A stretch of DNA of 64,000 nt from Acidobacteriota bacterium. GTDB lineage: Bacteria; Acidobacteriota; Aminicenantia; S016-38. The stretch covers positions 1,189 through 65,188 of the forward strand of contig WFSJ01000025.1 of NCBI GenBank assembly GCA_015486055.1, written 5' to 3'. Shown in pieces: positions 40,317 to 47,723 of this stretch. Position 1 is the stretch's first letter; each line of letters starts with the position of its first letter. A program made the position numbers and the translations under genes. The notes beneath the pieces were generated by a model. The model had not been told where the DNA came from, made no database searches, and saw only the letters and a program-made list of their open reading frames with translations.

Positions 40317-41075
40317 ATGAAGGTTGAGCTCATAGCGATTACCCCTGGTGCTGAAAATTTGATAGAGAAAGCAGGGAGAACTTCCTATCTTTCCTTTGAT
40401 AAAGCGACGGTCTTTCCAATACTCAGAATTACAGATGGGACCCAAAAAACAATAGTTTACACAGAGGAACATCCTGAATTAAGACAGGCCCACTCAGGAA
40501 AACAAGTTGAATTTCAAGGCAAAACCTGGAAGGTGGAGAAAAGATGGGAAAACTCGGCAGAAAAATTCATAAAGATGATCATAAAAAGTGGACATCTTTC
40601 CGTCCTTGAACATGCCTATGCCTCCTTCAGAATAAGGGGAGGCTCAAGGAGCTTCACCCATCAGCTTGTTCGCCACCGAATGGCTTCTTTTACCCAGCAG
40701 TCCCAGAGATACGTTGATGAAAAGGGTTTCCAATTTGTTATTCCCATTTCAATAGAAAAAAACCAGGAGGCAAAGAAAATCTATCTTTCTTTTATGGAGG
40801 AGGCAAGAAAAGTTTACAAAAAGCTTGGTGAGCTTTCCATAAGGAAAGAAGATGCGAGATTCGTCCTCCCGAATGCTGCTGTATCAGAAATAGTTATTTC
40901 AGCAAATCTAAGGGAATGGAGACACATCATTGGACTCCGGGGGGATAAAAAAGCCCAGTGGGAAATAAGAAATATGGCAATTCAGATCCTTAAAATCCTG
41001 AAGAAAGAAGTCCCATCTGTCTTTTATGACTATAGGATCGAGGGAAATAGCATAGCAAAGCTTGACAAAATATGA
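40317..41075 (+). CDS. thyX: FAD-dependent thymidylate synthase with an N-terminal insertion
   Basis: GHLSVLEH, HQLVRHRMASFTQQSQRYV, EDARFVLP, NLREW, AQWEIR. Confidence 0.95.
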   Translation: MKVELIAITPGAENLIEKAGRTSYLSFDKATVFPILRITDGTQKTIVYTEEHPELRQAHSGKQVEFQGKTWKVEKRWENSAEKFIKMIIKSGHLSVLEHAYASFRIRGGSRSFTHQLVRHRMASFTQQSQRYVDEKGFQFVIPISIEKNQEAKKIYLSFMEEARKVYKKLGELSIRKEDARFVLPNAAVSEIVISANLREWRHIIGLRGDKKAQWEIRNMAIQILKILKKEVPSVFYDYRIEGNSIAKLDKI

Positions 41076-41094
41076 ATTTGGAGCCATCATTTAA

Positions 41095-41448
41095 ATGATG
41101 TGGGAAATAGCAATTTTGATAATAGCAATAGCCTTTGCGGTTCTTGTGGTATTTTTTATACCCGCCCTTCTTCAAATAAGGGACTCTGCAAAGGAATTTG
41201 AGTTTACAATGAGGGAAGCGAAGGAAACCCTCAAAAAAATACGGGAAATCTCTAATAAAACAGAGGAAAGCATGCAGAAAGGACGAAAGAGCATAGAAAA
41301 AATAGACAGGGCTTTTACCACAATTAATGAAACTTTCGGGAGTTCAGGGGTTAAAGCTTTAACTAAACCTATTTCAGCAATCCTTGAATTTCTCCCGTTG
41401 ATTCTCTCTGGCTCAAAGATTTATAAAAAATATATTAAAAGGAGGTAA
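41095..41448 (+). CDS. DUF948/YtxG-like protein
   Basis: N-terminal TM (AIAFAVLVVF) plus coiled coil; adjacent to YtxH. Confidence 0.75.
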   Translation: MMWEIAILIIAIAFAVLVVFFIPALLQIRDSAKEFEFTMREAKETLKKIREISNKTEESMQKGRKSIEKIDRAFTTINETFGSSGVKALTKPISAILEFLPLILSGSKIYKKYIKRR

Positions 41449-41450
41449 AA

Positions 41451-41708
41451 ATGGAGGATAGGGGCGCTACATTCTTTGAACTCTCCGTATCATTCCTTCT
41501 TGGGGCATTAATCGGAGCTGGCACAGCCTTGCTCCTGGCACCCGCATCAGGAGAAGAAACAAGGAAAAAACTGGCAGCGATGGGCGAGAAAGCTATTGAA
41601 AGCAGCAAGAAAATAGCCGAGACAGGTAAGGAAAAAATAACAAGAGTAGTAGAGACTGCGAGGGAAAAGACAAAAAAGACCAAGCCAGAGGCAAAAAAAG
41701 AGGTCTAA
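41451..41708 (+). CDS. YtxH domain protein
   Basis: FLLGALIGAGTALLLAPASGEETR. Confidence 0.9.
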   Translation: MEDRGATFFELSVSFLLGALIGAGTALLLAPASGEETRKKLAAMGEKAIESSKKIAETGKEKITRVVETAREKTKKTKPEAKKEV

Positions 41709-41714
41709 TCCCCC

Positions 41715-42944
41715 ATGCTGAAGGGGAGCGTAGCGGTAGTTTTAGCAGGGGGAAAAGGGAAAAGGCTTTCTCCGCTAACCCTTCATGAAAGTAAACCAGC
41801 AGTTTCTTTCGGTGGAATTTACAGAATAATTGATTTTACACTTACAAACTGTCTCCATTCTGGAATAAGGAGAATATTCGTCCTTACCCAGTACAAATCC
41901 TACACTCTCCACAGGCATCTTCGTTCCGGCTGGCAAATATTTCATCATGAGCTTGGAGAATTTATTGACATTATCCCTCCACAGATGAACATAGAGAGTT
42001 TCTGGTACAGGGGAACTGCAGATGCAGTTTATCAGAACATAAAGATTGTAAACGACGAAGATCCCGAGTATCTTCTTGTTCTAAGTGGGGATCATATTTA
42101 CAAAATGGACTACAGAAAAATTGTGTCCTTCCACAGGGACAGAGGGGCAAATCTCACAATTGCATCATTTGAGGTGCCGGTATCAGAAGCTTCAAGATTT
42201 GGGATAATTCAGGTGAATGATGACTGGAAAATAGTTGGTTTTCAGGAAAAGCCAGAAAATCCTGAAGCAATTCCCGGTAAGCCTTATTCCTCTTTGGTGT
42301 CCATGGGAATATATGTATTTGATTTCCCTGTTTTAAGAGAAGCCCTTGAAGAAGATGCAAAAGACAAAAATTCCCAGCATGACTTCGGAAAAAATGTAAT
42401 TCCCAAATTGTTAAAGAAAGGGTTTAATCTATACGCATTTCCATTCAGGAACGAGAAGGGAGAGCCTGGATACTGGAGGGACATAGGAACCCTTGACGCA
42501 TATTACGAGGCGAGTATGGAACTCGTGTCAATTTCCCCGAGATTCAATCTCTATGACTCTAAATGGCCAATAAGAACATATATGCCTCAATACCCTCCTG
42601 CAAAATTCGCATTTAATGACCCTAACATAAGGAAGGGAGAAGCTGTTGATTCTATAATAGGCGCCGGGGCAATTATAAGCGGTAGCAGAATAATAAACTC
42701 AATAATATCCTATGGGGTGAGAGTTCATTCCTATAATCTCATAGAGAACTCAATTATTCACCCGAACGTTGTAATAAATAGGTATTCAAAGATAAAAAAT
42801 GCAATAATATCGGAAGGGACAAAAATCCCAAAGGGAACCATAATCGGTTACAACCTTAAAAAAGACATAAAGAGAGGATTTACTGTAACCCCAAAGGGTA
42901 TAACAGTGGTAACATCGGAAAACTTTAAGGAGGAAACACTATGA
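41715..42944 (+). CDS. glgC: Glucose-1-phosphate adenylyltransferase
   Basis: LAGGKGKRL, KPAVSFGG, GTADAVYQN, GDHIYKMDY, FQEKP, DFGK, YWRDIGT. Confidence 0.96.
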   Translation: MLKGSVAVVLAGGKGKRLSPLTLHESKPAVSFGGIYRIIDFTLTNCLHSGIRRIFVLTQYKSYTLHRHLRSGWQIFHHELGEFIDIIPPQMNIESFWYRGTADAVYQNIKIVNDEDPEYLLVLSGDHIYKMDYRKIVSFHRDRGANLTIASFEVPVSEASRFGIIQVNDDWKIVGFQEKPENPEAIPGKPYSSLVSMGIYVFDFPVLREALEEDAKDKNSQHDFGKNVIPKLLKKGFNLYAFPFRNEKGEPGYWRDIGTLDAYYEASMELVSISPRFNLYDSKWPIRTYMPQYPPAKFAFNDPNIRKGEAVDSIIGAGAIISGSRIINSIISYGVRVHSYNLIENSIIHPNVVINRYSKIKNAIISEGTKIPKGTIIGYNLKKDIKRGFTVTPKGITVVTSENFKEETL

Positions 42945-45235
42945 GAAAGAAAGAGAATGAATTTAATCGGGAAAAATCACGGTTTAAGTTTGATCTGGCC
43001 TTACTTAGCTTAATCCTACTCCTTGCAGCCACAATTAATTTTCTTCCTGCAAAGCAGGTAAAAGACCGCTCAATTCTTACTCTTGATAGAATATTTGTCT
43101 CAAAGGATTTCACCTCTGAAAAGTTTGGACCTCCTCACTGGATAAAGGGCGGATATGCAGTATTGGAGAAGTCTAAGTTCATCAAAAAGGCTCAGGATAT
43201 AGTTTTTTACGGGATAAAAAAAGGGAAAAGGAGGATACTTGTTTCCGCAAAGCATCTAATCCCTATAGGTAAGAAATCTCCGTTAAAGATTGAGGATTTT
43301 AAGTTCTCAAAAGATGAGAGCCATATTCTTTTATATACAAACAGCAAAAGAGTGTGGAGAAGGAATACCAGAGGAGATTATTGGGTTCTGGGGCTGGAAA
43401 CATGGAAGTTAAAAAAACTGGGTAAAAATTTCAAGCCTGCCTCTTTAATGTTTGCCAAATTCTCTCCAGACGGAACAAGGGTAGCTTATGTTTATAAAAA
43501 TAACATATATGTGGAGTACATTGACCAGAATAAAGTGATTCAGCTCACAAAAAGCAGCTCTAAGAACATAATAAACGGCACCTCAGATTGGGTTTACGAG
43601 GAAGAGTTCAGCTTGAGAGATGGCTTTCGCTGGAGCCCTGACGGAAAATATATTGCCTATTGGCAGTTTGATACATCAGGAGTTCCCCTTTTCTATCTTG
43701 TAAATTACACTGACGCTCTCTATCCCAAGCTCAAATCCTTTCCCTATCCGAAAGTAGGACAGAAAAACTCAGCATGCAGGATCGGAGTGATAAGTGCAGA
43801 GGGAGGAAAAACCCTATGGATAAAAGTTTCAAAAGATCCCAGAAACAACTACATTCCAAGGATGGAATGGGTAGACAATGACACCTTAGTTCTTCAACAT
43901 CTTAACAGACTCCAGAATACTGACAGGGTTATTCTTGCAAATGTCCATACGGGAAAGACAAAAACCATACTTACCGAGACAGACAAGGCATGGGTTGATG
44001 TCGTGGATAATATTCGCTGGTTGAACAATGGAAAGTATTTTATATGGCTGAGTGAAAGGGACGGTTGGAGACATGTATATCTTGTCTCAAGAAACGGGGA
44101 GAAAATTCGTCTCATCACCCCAGGTAAATATGATGTCGTAAGAATAGCAGGAATCGACAAGAACGAAAAATGGCTCTATTACATTGCCTCTCCCGAGAAC
44201 CCAGCTCAGCGTTACCTTTACAGAATAAAGCTGAATGGGAAGTGGAAACCCAGAAGGATAACTCCTCTGAATCAGCCAGGATATCACAGCTATACCATCT
44301 CCCCTGATGGAAAATGGGCTTTCCACATCTATTCTAACTTTGATACCCCTCCTACAGCTGACCTTGTAAAACTTCCATCCCACAAAGAGGTGAAAATCCT
44401 TGTTTCCAACTCAAAACTCTTTGCCAATGTAAAAGCTCTCAAGAGGAGACCTGTAGAATTCTTCAAGGTTGACATAGGGAATGGGATACTTCTTAATGCA
44501 TGGTCCATCAAACCCCCTGATTTTAACCCTAACAAAAAGTATCCTGTGCTTTTCTATGTCTACGGAGAACCTGCTGGACAAACTGTTGTTGACCGCTGGG
44601 GAAGAAGCAGATATCTCTGGCATCTTATGCTTGCCCAGCAGGGATATGTAATAATGAGCGTGGATAATCAGGGAACCCCAGCCCCCTGTGGAAGGATATG
44701 GAGAAAGGCCATATACAAAAAGCTCGGAATTCTTATATCCGAACAGCAATCAAAAGCAGCAAGAGAAATACTAAAACAAAGACCTTATCTTGACCGTAAC
44801 AGAGTTGGAGTATGGGGATGGAGTGGCGGCGGAACTTCCACTCTCAATCTAATTTTCCGCTATCCTGACCTTTACAAGACGGCAATGTCGGTGGCTCCGG
44901 TCACATCTCCAAGGTTCTACGACTCCATATATGAAGAACGGTACATGAGTCTTCCCGAGGACAATCCAGAAGGATATAAACTTGCAGGCCCAATTCCCTT
45001 TGCACATCAACTGAAGGGAAACCTTCTTATAGTTCACGGAACAGGTGATGACAACGTTCATGTACAGAACACCTATGTTCTTGTAAATGAACTTATTAAG
45101 GACAATAAGCAATTCTCCTTAATGATTTATCCCAACAGGTCTCACGGAATTTTTGAGGGGAAAAATACAAGGCGACATCTTTTCGGGCTGCTTACGAAGT
45201 ATCTAAAGAGTCATTTGCCCCCAGGTCCAAGGTGA
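42941..45235 (+). CDS. S9B dipeptidyl-peptidase IV family serine peptidase
   Basis: DWVYEEE, YPKVG, GWSGGG nucleophile, GTGDDNVH, RSHG. Confidence 0.93.
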   Translation: MRKKENEFNREKSRFKFDLALLSLILLLAATINFLPAKQVKDRSILTLDRIFVSKDFTSEKFGPPHWIKGGYAVLEKSKFIKKAQDIVFYGIKKGKRRILVSAKHLIPIGKKSPLKIEDFKFSKDESHILLYTNSKRVWRRNTRGDYWVLGLETWKLKKLGKNFKPASLMFAKFSPDGTRVAYVYKNNIYVEYIDQNKVIQLTKSSSKNIINGTSDWVYEEEFSLRDGFRWSPDGKYIAYWQFDTSGVPLFYLVNYTDALYPKLKSFPYPKVGQKNSACRIGVISAEGGKTLWIKVSKDPRNNYIPRMEWVDNDTLVLQHLNRLQNTDRVILANVHTGKTKTILTETDKAWVDVVDNIRWLNNGKYFIWLSERDGWRHVYLVSRNGEKIRLITPGKYDVVRIAGIDKNEKWLYYIASPENPAQRYLYRIKLNGKWKPRRITPLNQPGYHSYTISPDGKWAFHIYSNFDTPPTADLVKLPSHKEVKILVSNSKLFANVKALKRRPVEFFKVDIGNGILLNAWSIKPPDFNPNKKYPVLFYVYGEPAGQTVVDRWGRSRYLWHLMLAQQGYVIMSVDNQGTPAPCGRIWRKAIYKKLGILISEQQSKAAREILKQRPYLDRNRVGVWGWSGGGTSTLNLIFRYPDLYKTAMSVAPVTSPRFYDSIYEERYMSLPEDNPEGYKLAGPIPFAHQLKGNLLIVHGTGDDNVHVQNTYVLVNELIKDNKQFSLMIYPNRSHGIFEGKNTRRHLFGLLTKYLKSHLPPGPR

Positions 45236-45244
45236 ACTTTTAGT

Positions 45245-46195
45245 CTATAGTCCAAATTCTCCGGGAAGCTTTGGAAAAAGCCTGCAGAATTTTACTGATT
45301 CTAAACCTGCAATGAAACGAGTAAGCCTTTCTATACCTATCCCAAATCCTGCTGACGGCGGGATCCCTTGTTCAAGCATAATTAAGTAGGGAGAATACAG
45401 ATCTTCGTTAATCCTCTTCCTTTTGAGCCGCTCCCTTATCTTTTCCGCTCTCCATTCTCGTTTTCCTCCAGAAATAGCCTCTCCGAATCCCTCGGGGTAG
45501 ATCAGGTCAAAGTCCTTTAAATAGAAGGTTCTTTCCCCTTCAAGATAATAGAATTCCCTTATCTTTTCGGGAAAATCAATCAGCCAGATGTGGCCTTCTG
45601 AACTTTGAGAAAGTCTTGCCTCAAGGTCTTTCCCGAATTTTGAATATGCTTCACTATAGGTAACAACTTTGAAAGGTCTAATGGGCATTTTTAACTTTCT
45701 TTCAAAGAATTCCATCTCATCTTTAGCCTCGTCAATTATGCGCGTCACAAGTCCTATAATCATTTCCTCTGCAAGTTCCATAACCTCTTTGCGAGTAGCG
45801 CCTCTTACCTCTAAATCAAACTGGGTAAATTCCACTAAGTGACGGCCAGTTTTTGCCATCTCTTTCTTTTCGATTCTAAAGTTAGGGGAGAAAATAAATA
45901 TCCGTTCAAAGGCCAACATTGCAAACTGCTTGTGGAAAATCATACTCTTTGTCAACTGGAAAGGATACCCGTAGACATTAAAAGACACTGTGGTTTCAGG
46001 GGAGGACAAAGGATCAGTAACCGGGGATGCGACAACAGGAAGCAATTCGACAAATCCCTTCTCTTTTAAGAAGTCACGGAGAATCCCGATTATTTTTCCT
46101 TTAAGACGATTCGCAGTGATTACCCGCTCGTCCTTTAAAAAATTCTTTGTTTCCCTGAGTTTTTCCTTTAGCTCTTCTTTATTTATAGATTGCAT
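45245..46195 (-). CDS. Archaeal-type asparagine synthetase (AsnRS paralog lacking the anticodon-binding domain)
   Basis: 316 aa class II aaRS core only: VTDPL, QLTKSMIFHKQ, SPNFRIE, GRHLVEFTQFDLE, EAISGGKRE, SAGFGIGIERL. Strong SD AAGGAGGT. Confidence 0.85.
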   Translation of the reverse strand: MQSINKEELKEKLRETKNFLKDERVITANRLKGKIIGILRDFLKEKGFVELLPVVASPVTDPLSSPETTVSFNVYGYPFQLTKSMIFHKQFAMLAFERIFIFSPNFRIEKKEMAKTGRHLVEFTQFDLEVRGATRKEVMELAEEMIIGLVTRIIDEAKDEMEFFERKLKMPIRPFKVVTYSEAYSKFGKDLEARLSQSSEGHIWLIDFPEKIREFYYLEGERTFYLKDFDLIYPEGFGEAISGGKREWRAEKIRERLKRKRINEDLYSPYLIMLEQGIPPSAGFGIGIERLTRFIAGLESVKFCRLFPKLPGEFGL

Positions 46196-46271
46196 TTCTA
46201 CCTCCTTATCTTGGATTTTTTGTAGAGATTGGTTGCTTTCTTTAAAAAATGGATTTAGATGCTAATATATT

Positions 46272-46294
46272 TGTCCCCCTATGTGTGGGGGACA
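46272..46294 (-). promoter_or_regulatory. Perfect 8-bp hairpin in the asparagine synthetase leader
   Basis: TGTCCCCC-ACACATA-GGGGGACA overlaps the last codons and stop of the leader ORF. No classical U-tract follows on the minus strand. Confidence 0.6.
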
Positions 46295-46431
46295 TTATTA
46301 TTGGAAAGATTCAGATTGGCATTGCCAGAGAATGAAGCCATACAAAAACTTTGGCAGGAATAAAATCTGCATATGACATTCATCAAAGACAACTCTTCAA
46401 ATTCATCACGTAGAAATGTCTGCCGCCTCAT
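46279..46431 (-). CDS. Putative Asn-rich leader peptide (uORF)
   Basis: MRRQTFLRDEFEELSLMNVICRFYSCQSFCMASFSGNANLNLSNNNVPHT*. Six AAT codons fall within a 10-codon stretch. Alternative in-frame ATGs at 46383 and 46341. Confidence 0.6.
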   Translation of the reverse strand: MRRQTFLRDEFEELSLMNVICRFYSCQSFCMASFSGNANLNLSNNNVPHT

Positions 46432-46459
46432 ACATAAACCAATAATCATCTTATTGGTT

Positions 46460-46487
46460 ATTATATAACTTTTCGTTCTTTTGTCAA
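46460..46487 (-). promoter_or_regulatory. Sigma-70-type promoter for the leader and asparagine synthetase
   Basis: TTGACA (46487-46482), 16 nt, TATAAT (46465-46460); both boxes are perfect consensus. Confidence 0.75.
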
Positions 46488-46511
46488 CATTTCGAGTGGA
46501 AGAACCTCACT

Positions 46512-47720
46512 CTATTCATATAAATAATTTAACAGGTCTAAATAATCAGATAAAAGCCTTGTTATGAGGAAATTTTCCCTTATCCTTTCTCTTCCATTCT
46601 TTCCCATAGTTTCCCCTAAATTCGGATTTTTAAGGATTTCCACGATCCTTTCAGCAAATTCCTCTGGCCTCTGAGATTCTACAAGGTATCCGCCCTTCCC
46701 ATCTTCTATCTGGAGAGGAATACCACCAACCTTGGAGGCTACTACCGGTCTGCCCTTCCATAATGCTTCTGTTACAGTCAATCCGAATCCCTCTCTTTTT
46801 GATTTCTGGATAACAACCGAGGAAATTCTCTGAAGAGCATTTACTAATATGTCGTTTTCAATGGTTATAAGGATGACATCGCCGCTTTTTACAAAAGGCT
46901 CAGCTCTTTTTTCCACTTTGCTGTAAATTTTCCAGGCTTCAGGGTCATCACTTGCCGTGCTTCCGCAAAGGACAAGTCTCACATCCACTTTTTTTCTTAC
47001 GGCTTCAAATACTCTCAATACTCCCTCAGGATCTTTCCATTTGTCAAATCTTGATACCTGAGAAATAATCGGTTTGTCAAAAGGAATTTCATACTTTTTA
47101 AGGTATTTTTTTATCATGGAAGCAGGAATTTCCATATTCTTAGACGAAAGAGGGTCAATAGCAGGGGATATTATTCTCTGTTCAACAGGAAGGTCTTTTT
47201 TTCTGTATTTTTCGCTTGAGACTATCACCAAGTCATATCTTAAAATATATTCCTTAATGAAATCCCATATTTCTTCATTCGGAGATGAAAGGTCAATATG
47301 ACATCTCCAAACCCAGGGTTGTCTTTTGCTATAGAATCTTACAAGCGGAAGCGGCTGAGGGTCATGCACTATTACAACATCATGGTTTATGTGTGTAAAT
47401 GTGGAAAAATCCTGATTGGTGCGAAGATAAAGTTTCTTTTTTATCTCACTTAGATTAATCTTTTCCCCCTGTAAAGCGTTGTGAAATTTCTTGGTTATTG
47501 AGAAAAAGTCAGGATTACCGTGCAGTATTCTCCACCCAGCTTCTATGCCTATCTCATTCATCAATGGAACTATGGAGGAAAGCATTTCTGCTACTCCACC
47601 ACCCTGATAAGTAGAATTAATATTAACTATATGCTTTCCATAAAGTTTTCTTGCCTTTTTGTAAATTGAGGATATCGCCCCATCCCCTACTATTTTCCTG
47701 TAATCTTCTACACTTCTCAT
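46512..47720 (-). CDS. treT: TreT-like trehalose synthase (GT4)
   Basis: NSTYQGGGVAE, TKKFHNALQG, HDPQP, WRCHID, SRFDKWKD, EGFGLTVTEA. Confidence 0.82.
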   Translation of the reverse strand: MRSVEDYRKIVGDGAISSIYKKARKLYGKHIVNINSTYQGGGVAEMLSSIVPLMNEIGIEAGWRILHGNPDFFSITKKFHNALQGEKINLSEIKKKLYLRTNQDFSTFTHINHDVVIVHDPQPLPLVRFYSKRQPWVWRCHIDLSSPNEEIWDFIKEYILRYDLVIVSSEKYRKKDLPVEQRIISPAIDPLSSKNMEIPASMIKKYLKKYEIPFDKPIISQVSRFDKWKDPEGVLRVFEAVRKKVDVRLVLCGSTASDDPEAWKIYSKVEKRAEPFVKSGDVILITIENDILVNALQRISSVVIQKSKREGFGLTVTEALWKGRPVVASKVGGIPLQIEDGKGGYLVESQRPEEFAERIVEILKNPNLGETMGKNGRERIRENFLITRLLSDYLDLLNYLYE

Positions 47721-47723
47721 ATT

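Noticed and set aside
40410-40547. Intein in thyX
   Set aside because: Too short and lacks splicing residues; kept only as a domain insertion.
46196-46460. T-box riboswitch upstream of asparagine synthetase
   Set aside because: No AAnnnGGGTGGnACCGCG T-box sequence or U-tailed terminator is visible; the uORF model fits better.
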